From Octopus vulgaris (taxonomy: Eukaryota), in contig OX597816.1 of NCBI GenBank assembly GCA_951406725.2, forward strand, positions 106,516,001 to 106,580,000: a stretch of DNA of 64,000 nucleotides. The letters run 5' to 3'. Positions 55,701 to 64,000 of the stretch are shown here, one piece after another; the stretch's first letter is position 1, and each line of letters begins with the position of its first letter. A program made the translations under genes and the position numbers. A model generated the notes under the pieces. That model saw only the letters and a program-made list of their open reading frames with translations. It had not been told where the DNA came from and made no database searches.

Positions 55701-58700
55701 AAATCTTTATACCTTCCAAATTTTCTGATATCCATTTCCTTCTCCTGGTATTTTGCCACGTTAGCAAAATTCCTCTTCTCCTTCTATTGATTGTCCATCT
55801 TCTGGACCATCTCCAACAATTCCTCTTCCAACGACGATATGTCTGAGAAGCTATAGTCTTCTACAGACGTGTTTTTAATAAGCTATCTCTCCTCTCATGC
55901 AAAGAGAAAGCACCAACAGTACAAAAAGCAAAATATAAAATATATAAATGCTGAAAAACCATGTGGTTTAAACAATTTCACAGTATTTTTACTTGAATAA
56001 AAGCAGGAAAGGCTTCATCTTCTTGCATTATCTGAAAGCTACGAGAATTCAATAACATGATTTTATTTTTTTAGTGATTTCATAGAGCAGTTGGATATGG
56101 CTGGTTTAAACAAATAAAGGGGAATTATTTTTGGTCAGTTTGAACACTAAAGGATTAAACATCTGCTCACTTTGGTTCTTTAGCTTTTTACTAGTTTAAA
56201 CTTGACAATTTTGCAACAAGTTTTTGTTTGCTCATTTTGTTGTCTCATTTAGGGAGGGGAATATACCTAAATTAATTTTTTACTATCAATAATGAAATGG
56301 GTAAAGTTTGGTGAAGAAGGAGCTTGTACATGGTTTCTTGACCTGTTAGAAATAGAAGTCAAAAGCATTATAAAATCACACTACCCCCCCTCTCATCTTT
56401 TGTTTCTAATGAATAGGATGACCATATTGGAGAACGTTAATTTGAGATGAACTTTCTGAAAAGACAAGATGGTCTTGCTCAGGTTGCCTTTAACCCTTTA
56501 GCATTTAAACCGGCCATATCCAGCCGAAATATTCAATTTGCTTTATGTTGAGACTGGCCAAATCTGGCCCCTCGCACCTATCCTACAATGTTATTCTAAA
56601 AATAAACTGCCATGTCATCAGAATCTTGAAGCTACAAGATAATGCATGATTAATTCAAAACAATCTGAATGCTAAGGGTTAAGCATAAATATAGGTCTAT
56701 TTATCTAGGCTCCACCTGGTGTTAAAAAACAGATAACCAAAGTAATTATTTTTAACTTTAGTTTTTGTTTGATATCTCATTGATATTTGATTATAGATAA
56801 AGTGTTCCACTAATTACCTTCTGATAGGGCAATACTGAAATTAGTGTTATTTCCTCACCCTTCCACAAATACTTTATGGCAGAATCAGTAAAGTGCTGGA
56901 TGAAATATTTAGTTTCATCTTGCTATTTTCTGAGTTCAAATTTTACTAGTACTGACTTTGTTATTTATCCATCTGTTATCAGTAAAATAAAAACTACTTC
57001 TATTCATAGACTTGGACTACCACTTATATTCCTTTTCTGGACAATGTACGAAATCATATAATAAATAAATCAACAAGGAAGTTTTATTTGTCCTACTAGA
57101 AACAGGATAACAGGCATGTTGAATAATGTCGTTTTTAAACACACTGTCTGAAAAAAAGAACACAGGATGGTAACAACTGGAACACATTTATTGTTGCTGC
57201 TATTTATGAAATAGGGAAACTCTGGTATATAATTGTCACCATGCGACACAGCTGAGTTTTAATTGGGTCTAGTCTATCAAATGAAGAGCTAATAATGTTT
57301 TGTATAAAATAACCACTTCTGTGCTGTGTCCTTGACTCTTAAATCTTCCCAGTTCACCTAACTGTAAATAGGTAATGTGTATACTGTTTGAGTATTTTGC
57401 TAGCTTGCAGTGCTAAGTTCAACCTGTGAGTGAAATTTCCAACAGACTGGAGTCCTTCTGCATAGAACACTAGTCTTTCATACATAGCATTTGCAGTTAC
57501 TCAAGTGGCTGTTCTTAATGGGCAACTGAACAGACATATACAGATGTTATAAATACTCTGCTAAGTGAAAAAATATAATGCCTACAATCTGTGAACTGAT
57601 GATCCATCATTATCATAACCACTTATTAATTTTTTTTATAATATGAAACTATGAATTATATGAATTTGTAAATAGGAAAACATTCTTATCGATTAGACCC
57701 ATTCTTAATGTAGAATTGGATGTGCTGTGACTTGATACCATACATTATAGTTTGCTAATTGTTTTAGGTGTGTATATAGTCACTAGCAGACATGGACACC
57801 CTCTCTACTCTTTCACTCTTGTTCCAGCAGAACATCCAGGATGTAGCAGCTGGAGAGAGATTGTGTGTGTGTGTGTCGCACCACAACTGGCTGATATTCG
57901 TTTTTAGCTAAGTAGACTGGAATAACATGAATTAAGTGCCTTGCTCAAGGAGACATTGAGTCACCCAGTCCAGGAATTAAAGCCACAACCTTATGATCAT
58001 GATCCCTACACTTGACCACAAGTCTTTCTAGATAAAGCAAAAATTAGCTTAAAAGGTAGACTGAACATTAAAGACATTAGTTAATGTATCTCTGTGTGAG
58101 AGACAACTATATTGGTTGGGACATATGATACAAAGGGACAATATTGCTAAGTGCAACAGTGCTGCTAATTTAAAGGTACCCCAAGAAAGTGGTTAAGTGA
58201 ATTCTATCTCCCATAGGATGCTAGACTCTGTGGATAAGATAACAATTGATTGAAACACTAGTGATTATGCTTCATGCAGGCCTACTCAACCCACACCTTC
58301 ATGATTAAATAGAATATTTAAAATGATAATTTAAGTGCATTTGTCTTATAGCTGGAATCCTGCATGAATCCTGTTCAATATCAAAGTCAGTTATACACAT
58401 TTTTCATTGTTAAAAGAATAAACCTGTTAGTTACTTCATTTTTTTTTTTTGTTTTGCAAATTTAAACATTTTGTTGTCTTATTAAGCCCTGATTGTGCAA
58501 ATGTTTTATTGAAGGCATTCTGGCTGTAACTACTTTGATTATTTGCAGACTGCATTACCTGATATGCTCTTCCTTCATTTTAAAACAGTAAGATTTTGAT
58601 TGAAAGATATTTGGATGCTTTTCCTTGCAGTTTAAGCAACTGCATAGAGGCTTAGTTATTTTTTTCCACTTGGTGCCTTCCTTATCACTAACCATTCTTC

Positions 58701-61127
58701 TGTAAAAGAGAAAGAAAATTGTTTATCAGGGAGGCTTATGGAAGCAGAGATCATCTCTTTGTCAAAGGAGGACAGCATATTGGTCAATAATCCAGCTTAA
58801 GAATAAAATTTGAAATGTTCTGTGTTGTATGTGAAACAGTGGAGTAATGTCCAGTATATTAATATTATGTTTATGTTTATCTCTTTAACAGTTAAAGCAG
58901 GAGGCATGAGAATTGTCCAGCATAAACGACCAACAGATTCTAAGGTATCAGATACGCAACTCACTGCTGAAGAGCTGGAGCAGTACGGTGTTAGGTAAGA
59001 TGATGATGATTATTATTAATGACAATAATAAAAAGGCGGTGAGTTGGCAGAATCATTAGCACACTGGGCAAAATGCTTAGTGGCATTTTGTCCATCTTCA
59101 TGTTCTGAGTTCAAATTTCACCAAGGTCAACTTTGCCTTCCATCCTTTTGGAGTCGATGAAATAAGTATCAGTTACATACTGGGGTCGGTGTAATCAACT
59201 GACACCCCTCCCCCAAAGTTTCAGGCCTTGTGCCTATAGTAGAAACAATTATTATTATTATAATATAAGGTAGCAAGCTGGCAGAATCATTTGCATGCTG
59301 AGCAAAATGCCTAGCAGTCTTTCGTCTGTCTTTGTGTTCTGAGTTCAAATTCTACCAAGCTTGATTTTACCTTTCATCCTTTCTGGGTCAATAAAATAAG
59401 TAACAGTTGAGTACTGGTGGGGGGGGGTGTCAGTGTAATTGACTTACCCTCTTCCCCCAAATTTCAGGCCTTGTGCCTGTATAATTAATCATTATTAAGA
59501 GCGTAATGGATACTCAGAATCATTAATGTTGGACAAAATGCTTTGTATTTAATTTCATACTGAAGTTCAAATCTCATGTCTACTTTGTTCTTCATCCTTC
59601 TGGAACCAGTGAAAATGCAGTATTGGAAGTGATTTAATTAACTGATCCCCATCTCCAAATTCTAGGCCTTGTGTCTATGTTAGAATCAATTATTATTAGA
59701 TGGATGTTAAAATTAGAAGAGTGAGGAGCAAAATACATTGTGGTAATACTTAACTATTGTATTTTCTAGCATACAAGTCGATGTATATAGCATAAACATA
59801 TAGTGTATACATTCAAACAGCATCACTGTCTTTCCAAATCTTACTTCATTTCCCATAAAATTTTTATTCCTTCAAAGTTGTTTTGGTGTCTAAGTTGCCT
59901 TACCTTTTTTGGTTGTAAGCTTTGGTTTGAAAAAGTTGACTTGTATACCGGGAAAAAAAAAAAATGTTCTTTTACTTTCTTGGTCTAGTTACTGCCAAGG
60001 TCAACTTTGGCCTTTTAATCAATTCAGAATAGGTTAGCAATCATTGTAAGGGTTATATATACATCATGTGGTTATTTGTCTAGTGTTACCCAAAAGTAAG
60101 CCAACTGCTGCTCTATTTAATTTTTTTTCCTTTTCTTTTCTTCAGTCCTAAATCTGACAAGAAAAATCAAACACTAATTGTATCAGGTGCAGTGATAAAG
60201 GTAATGGTTTTTGTTGTTTTTTTCTTCTTTTCCATCCTTTTTCCACATTAACTTCATCTATTTCATGTACTGTAAGTGTTAATAAATGATTTTTGCAATG
60301 ATATTGTTTCTATCACCATTAACCCATTAGCATTTAGACCAGCCATAGCTAGCCAAAAATATTCTACCTGTTTATATGTTGAAATTGGCCAGCTCCACCC
60401 TCTCACATATATCCTACAATATCATTGTAACAATAAAAAAGACATTGAAATCTTGAAGCTACAAGATAGTGCCAATGAGTAATCTGAATGCTAAAGTGTT
60501 AAAGGTATATATACTAATTAGGACAATACACTGAATTCAATTCAGTCACTTATGGTATAACCCCTTCATCATCATCATCATTATTTAATGTCCTCCTTCC
60601 ATGCTGACATGGGCTTGATGGTTTGACAGGAGCTGGCCAGGTGGGAGCCTGTGCTATGCTCCTGAGTGTGTTTTGACATGGTTTTTACAGCTGGATGCCC
60701 TTCCTAACTCCAACCACTCAGTAGAGTGAGCTGAATGCTTTTTACATGGCATTCACACAGGTGAGGTCAGTTTTGGCATGGTTCTTACAGCTGGATGCTT
60801 TTCCAAATGTCAACCACTTTAGTGTGGACTGGGTGCTTTTTAAGTGACACCTGCACTGGATGGGTCACCAAGTGACTTTACAAGACAAACTTGGTGACCC
60901 CCACCAGTGCAGGTGCCAATTACAAAGTACCTAGTCAACTTCAATCTATATAGTTTTGTGGTTATTTTTCCTTTTGATCCTAATTTTTAATTTTCTATTT
61001 TTTAAAATCTGTTTAGGGTGATCGTGACTTTCCTGAAGTTACCAAGACATTCCATGATAAACCTCTACCTATACATGAGAAACGTCCTATGCAAACACAG
61101 CATCCGATTCAACAGCCAAGAAAGTAG
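22706..61127 (+). CDS. DAP: Death-associated protein 1 (DAP1/DAPL1 family), spliced CDS join(22706..22760,58892..58994,60146..60200,61017..61127), 107 aa
   Basis: Manual splicing at GT-AG sites gives 55+103+55+111=324 nt in frame: MSSSVDSKMDLKAGHPPAVKAGGMRIVQHKRPTDSKVSDTQLTAEELEQYGVSPKSDKKNQTLIVSGAVIKGDRDFPEVTKTFHDKPLPIHEKRPMQTQHPIQQPRK*. It carries the DAP family hallmarks KAGHPPAVKAGGMRIVQ, SG.v.kGD.DF and C-terminal IQQPRK. Confidence 0.96.
22815..23347. repeat. Tandem duplication, two copies with 255-bp period
   Basis: Both copies begin tgctgcagtcaagtactgtg (22815, 23070) and share tataacgcaatttaataatttgttc...cataaaacggttgtaaac. Confidence 0.9.
25345..25490. mobile_element. Short hAT-type MITE
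   Basis: Ends cagtcttgggcaaact.. and ..aggttatccatgtctg with subterminal gcggcccg motifs. Confidence 0.55.
25600..27560 (+). mobile_element. Ancient decayed CR1/L2/Jockey-group LINE ORF2, interrupted by a family C SINE
   Basis: Remnant RT motifs at 26800-27150 (TIPEKSNCSDSVNH*SIALTS, RATGDLLSY, LNKAFGSV); boundaries approximate. Confidence 0.55.
26447..26775 (+). mobile_element. SINE family C
   Basis: Homologous to 12322-12650. Confidence 0.85.
28680..29702 (-). mobile_element. Decayed RTE LINE fragment, same family as 1990-4562
   Basis: Reverse strand encodes GVHQGSVLSPLLF, LYADDL and EKLQVVDSFRYLGDQVSSRGGCSESVAAR-IAWAKFRELLPLL. Confidence 0.92.
30165..31060 (+). mobile_element. Helentron-associated (HINE/DINE-1-like) non-autonomous rolling-circle element with internal rearrangement
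   Basis: 5' palindrome ctctgcctt-agc-aaaggcagag, (GTTT)n tract, subterminal inverted match ttggctgaag and 3' hairpin gcactc-tct-gagtgc before a T-rich site. The segment gggatc.atccag.ac.ggacaa.gattctggatt is duplicated. Confidence 0.6.
31175..31380 (-). mobile_element. SINE family B, internally deleted
   Basis: Tail ttttacttgtttcagtcatt...ccatgctggagcac joined to the head portion. Confidence 0.75.
32120..32500 (+). mobile_element. Ancient LINE RT remnant
   Basis: FGVPQCFVLSLTLFLLY (a GVPQGSVLSPTLF variant) and FYANDT. Confidence 0.55.
32840..34415 (+). mobile_element. 5'-truncated RTE/BovB-like LINE, interrupted by a SINE
   Basis: GVKQGCVLAPTLFGIFFS, LFADDAAL, FTYLGS, LLYGSETW, MRWLGHV, RIPKDILYGEL, a C-terminal C2H2 (ICSTCQRECLSRIGLHSH) and tail ccattgtctcccgagacagaaaggatgccaa. 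Confidence 0.92.
33657..33884 (-). mobile_element. Young full-length family A SINE with alternative tail and 11-bp TSD
   Basis: Perfect TSD gcaggaatacc at 33646-33656 and 33885-33895; removing the insert restores the LINE frame (QAGIP|SMFALL). Confidence 0.95.
34605..34775 (+). mobile_element. SINE family B head
   Basis: gtggtaag..tgcttcccaactacatggtt...cttctattata...ccaaagcctt. Confidence 0.7.
36144..36415 (+). mobile_element. RTE 3'-UTR fragment with about 1.5 repeat units
   Basis: gtgccggtggcacgt occurs twice, then ggagtggttggcgttaggaagggcatccagctg...gttaaacgatgatgatg. Confidence 0.9.
37051..37870 (-). mobile_element. Internally deleted mariner relic
   Basis: IEQRANEKFCIQLQKSTTKTLIMLQQVYSDEA..FEWHRCFK (mariner N-terminal HTH); TIR-like tacaagatggtatcaaaaggttcc at the left end. 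Confidence 0.75.
39630..40400 (-). mobile_element. Highly decayed LINE ORF2 remnant
   Basis: Faint pre-RT motifs on the reverse strand (..PFHKKNK...YYK..SF..S); weak. Confidence 0.35.
41625..42010 (-). mobile_element. SINE family B
   Basis: Reverse-complement copy; further copies at 48060-48400(-), 49600-49955(-) and 63385-63480(+). Confidence 0.82.
45787..46115 (-). mobile_element. SINE family C, well preserved
   Basis: The reverse strand begins ggcgcatagctcagtggttatagtgtcgagtttatgatcgtgaggttgtgagttcgaatcccgg (tRNA-like head). Confidence 0.9.
46481..46701. mobile_element. piggyBac-type MITE, family 2
   Basis: TTAA|ccctttcattac ... ataacgaaaggg|TTAA; a related older copy lies at about 42272-42530. 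Confidence 0.85.
49060..50520 (+). mobile_element. Old decayed RTE LINE fragment with nested SINE (49600-49955) and MITE (50019-50240)
   Basis: Colinear similarity to 2950-3840 (ggtcttaaagtaaaccttgcaaagac, ctagaagtggttgacagcttctgttacctag, ggcgtgcaagagaggagactg). Confidence 0.7.
50019..50240. mobile_element. piggyBac-derived MITE, family 1
   Basis: TTAA|ccctttaacatt ... aatactaaaggg|TTAA. Confidence 0.9.
51602..52395 (+). repeat. RTE 3'-UTR fragment with ten tandem 60-62 bp units
   Basis: Unit aaaagcacc(a/g)tccgttcgtggccgtt(t)gccagc(ctcgc/tctgt)ctggccccgtg(c/t)cggtg(a/g)cacgt x10 (51602-52210), followed by the standard tail and (GAT)n. Confidence 0.95.
53725..54086 (-). mobile_element. RTE 3'-UTR fragment with about 3 units, inserted in the piggyBac ORF
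   Basis: TSD gtaacat at 53718-53724 and 54087-54093; removal restores ...SENVTEETNK. Confidence 0.9.
54386..55953 (-). mobile_element. ORF1-only LINE derivative (HAL1-like) with CCHC zinc knuckle
   Basis: Frameshifted ORF pieces 55478-55759, 55154-55363 (RCFRCGLKGHIRADC) and 54827-55120. No EN/RT motifs before the 3' tail ccccttgtgggtAATAAA(A)n. Candidate TSD aaaaaccat at 54377-54385 and 55954-55962. Confidence 0.7.
56494..56678. mobile_element. piggyBac-derived MITE, family 1
   Basis: TTAA|ccctttagcatt ... aatgctaaggg|TTAA. Confidence 0.9.
58892..58994 (+). CDS. DAP: DAP1 coding exon 2 (VKAGGMRIVQHK...EQYGV)
   Basis: Acceptor ctctttaacAG|TT; donor TAG|GTAAGA; overlaps ORF 58810..58998. 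Confidence 0.95.
59034..59700 (+). mobile_element. Three head-to-tail family A SINEs
   Basis: Copies at about 59034-59255, 59269-59495 and 59500-59698, separated by (ATT)n tails. Confidence 0.88.
60146..60200 (+). CDS. DAP: DAP1 coding exon 3 (SPKSDKKNQTLIVSGAVIK)
   Basis: Long pyrimidine tract then ttcAG|T; donor AAG|GTAATG; phases 2 and 0 match the neighbouring exons. Confidence 0.92.
60323..60498. mobile_element. piggyBac-derived MITE, family 1
   Basis: TTAA|cccattagcatt ... aatgctaaagtg|TTAA. Confidence 0.85.
60565..60875 (-). mobile_element. Old RTE-tail element in DAP1 intron 3
   Basis: (CAT)n..ccatgctgacatggg...ttacagctggatgcccttcctaac, with that segment internally duplicated. Confidence 0.75.
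61017..61127 (+). CDS. DAP: DAP1 last coding exon (GDRDF...IQQPRK*)
   Basis: Acceptor gtttAG|GGT; ends in the conserved IQQPRK followed by TAG. Confidence 0.95.
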   Translation, partial: GDRDFPEVTKTFHDKPLPIHEKRPMQTQHPIQQPRK

Positions 61128-61309
61128 AGGACTGTGAGCAGATTTGTGATGAGAAGAATCAGTCTTCAGTGCTTCCTCTGTGTGCCTCCATCCACTAAAA
61201 TCTATTGATATAATCCCCCAAAATACATATCTACAGTTTTTCATATTTGATTTCATTATTATTCTTTTACTTCCTCTTTTTTGAATTCATTATACTTTTC
61301 TCTTATAAA

Positions 61310-62345
61310 TTTTTGGCCTTGTGCCTAAGTTAGAAATTGTTTGATTATTCTATATACTCTGAATTTAAATCCTGCCAGGGCCAACTTTACTTTTCTTCTG
61401 AATTCAAGAAAATAAGGACCAGTCAAGTATTGTGATCTATGCAATCGACTACACCCTTCCCTTAATGTGCTAAATTAGAAATTGTTACCAGCACAATCGA
61501 GGGCAATAGGTTGACAGGGTCAGTAGAGCATTGAACAAAATGCTTTGCAGTATTTATGTTCTGAGTTCAAATCCTGCTGAGGCCAAACTTTGCCTTTCGT
61601 CCTTCCAGAGTTCATAATATAAAGTACCAGTCAAGTACTGTGGTTGATGACATCAACTTATCGCCTTCCCTTCAAAATTGCTGGCTTTGTACCTAAATCA
61701 GAAACCATCATTAGAGTGGTAGATTGGCAGAATCATGAAACCATCAGGCAAAATGCCTTGTGGTATTTGTTCCAGCTCTTTACATTCTGAGTTCAAATCT
61801 TGCCAATGTCAGCTTTACCTTTCATTCCTGTAGGTTGACAAAATAAAGTACCAGCTAGGTACCTGGGTTGAGGGTAATAACTAATGCCTCCACCCACCAA
61901 CTTCTAAATAGCTGGCTTTGTACCTAAATCAGAAATAATAATTATTATTATTGTTAATGTTCTTGAGAAGAAATTAATCAAAAATTCAAATTCACTTTTA
62001 ATAATCCTTTTATGTGCAGTGAGGGACATTGTTTTTTGGTTTCTATTCATTATTCTTTTGAAAAATTTTCTTTTCATATACTTCAGTGTCTTTTATCTTT
62101 ATAAAATTATTTGGTAACAAAGATCAAACTGAGTGGGGCAGAAACGGTCCAGTGCTGGAACTAAATGCTTTGTGCTATTTAGTTACGTCCCTTTACATGT
62201 GTGACCAGTTCAAATTTGCGAGAGGCAAGTTTTCTTTTTGATATGATGAGGGTCAATAAAATAAGCACCAATAGAAGCAAAGAATAAGGTGAGGGGTCAG
62301 TTCAATTGATTTCACTTCCCTACTAATTGTGTGAGAAATCATTAC
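61310..62345 (+). mobile_element. Cluster of 4-5 head-to-tail family A SINEs downstream of the DAP1 stop
   Basis: Recurrent ctgagttcaaatc..gcc..aacttt.cctttc..cct..aagtaccagtcaagtac..ggctttgtacctaaatcagaaa. Confidence 0.8.
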
Positions 62346-64000
62346 TACACTTACATTTTATTAATAGTTGGCAGCTCTTTATAAACACTAACCAGGTCTT
62401 CTTCAGAAAGCATTTCAATGAAGAAAGTATCTTAACAGAAGTCAACTCTATTGATAACATATATGTGTGTGTGTGTATATGTACATATACATACATACAC
62501 ACATTGAGTGTTCTTTATTCATGATGTCACATACTGACATAAGATTGTATGTTGTACCATGTATACATGTAAACAGTATAATAACTTTTCATGTGATTTT
62601 TACCTCACAGCGTAAAGTTTATTCATTGACATGAACTTTTTCGTGTTGCTGTTTGCTGGCACAGACTATCACTAGTTTCCTCAGTTTCTACTATTTCACA
62701 CACATACACATGTTTATTTTCCTTCAAAGAAAACCACATTGCAGTAATTGTATCCATTATACAGGTGTAAAATTAGATCAAAATAATATTAGAGGTTAAA
62801 GTATACCAAATATTAAAAGAACAGGAGAAAACTTTATTGTGAATTTACAGTTTTCCTAATGACAAATATTGAATTACTATTATTTTTCAATTTTGTTTTT
62901 ATTTTTCAATGGAAATGATTTTTTTTCTAGGTAATTTAGTAAATATTTGTGAAGATTAAAGAAAACAAATTACTCATTGGTTAATTTTATTACATATAAA
63001 CAGATACAGTCCCTATCCCCAAGGAGGCAAATTAGACATTTTTTTTTCTCCTCTGGAACCAATGGATTTTATTCTTTTCCCCTTTTTCGTTTTGTTCTTT
63101 GTTAAAAGCTATTTTCATGAGTTTTTAACTTGTGGTTTTGCTATACCTTTGTAATCTAAAGAAAAGATTGTTAATTTTTTTTCGAATGGCTCATGATTAT
63201 TTTCAAAGTGCCATTTTAAAAATTGGAAAATTTTGTAAAAATAAAGAATATTTGAAAAATGTTTTTCTTTTTTTGTTAATACAAAACAGTTAAGATTTCT
63301 TTTTCTGTAATAATTAGAGCCAATGATTAAAAAATAATAATTTATCAACTTATGTATTATATTGTTTTATATCTATTCTTCTAGACATGGCAGGTTAAGA
63401 AGTGTGCTTTGCAATTACATGGCTACAGATTCAGTTCTACTTCATTACATTTTGAATAAGTTTCTTCTTGTGAGTGTGATTCTCAAGATAGAATGTGTGT
63501 GGAAAGCCTGTCTTGACTGTACCTGTTTCTGGATAGTAGACTTAATCTGTTTAACACCACCACCTGGAATTTAGGCAACTTTGTTGCCAGTATTTTAACC
63601 AGGTTCTTGGTTTGAGGATGACTCACTATCTCAACATGCTCTGTTCTCCTGTAACTATCCGTGAATCATGTTTTTGGTTTTTTTGGTGGTTGGGGGGGGG
63701 GGCGTCCCCACACTCAAACCATGTAAGGTTAGAATTAAGTCAATAAACAAATGTTATGCGAGTGATTGCATCCTGATATACAGCAGCTTAAACCCTGCTC
63801 TGCAATACCTCTGAAATATGGCAACTTCCCATCTCAGTTGATACTTTGTAAATCTCACCTTTTGGGATCAAATATTCTCAGATCTTGCCTAATAGTTTCT
63901 TACCAAGTCTGAGTTAACCATCACCGACTTGTAGATCTGTTTTACTTAATACCCACACCATTTTTCTCACCTGCGAAAGTCTTTGCTGTCCTGCTACTTT

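Larger units (their letters stand above)
50930..56154 (-). mobile_element. piggyBac transposon (decayed transposase at about 52400-54335) carrying three nested retroelement insertions
   Basis: TTAA|ccctttagtgttc ... gaacactaaagga|TTAA. Catalytic motifs LSVDEAMIGYKGRVHFR*YMPAKP, HLYFD and YNKYMGGVDKSDQ, plus a C-terminal cysteine-rich domain CRQC...CSFC. Confidence 0.92.

Overview
AT-rich, repeat-dense animal genomic DNA. The SINE/LINE repertoire looks like a coleoid cephalopod, probably Octopus (inferred from recalled repeat families, not a database search). The only host protein-coding gene I can support is DAP1 (death-associated protein 1) on the + strand. It has four short coding exons (22706-22760, 58892-58994, 60146-60200, 61017-61127) giving a 107-aa protein, and a 36.1-kb first intron; the ORF track does not show it as a gene. 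The rest is transposon-derived: RTE LINEs (one family with a PHD-like finger inside the RT and a variable 60-bp minisatellite in its 3' UTR, one BovB-like), a Naiad-type Penelope-like element, mariner/Tc1, hAT and piggyBac relics with MITEs, a HINE-like element and several tRNA-derived SINE families. The most unusual items are an ORF1-only (HAL1-like) retroelement sharing its 3' tail with a young SINE, tail swapping among SINEs, the structured 60-bp arrays, and inverted repeats inside the DAP1 pre-mRNA. No CRISPR, rRNA or genuine tRNA gene was found.
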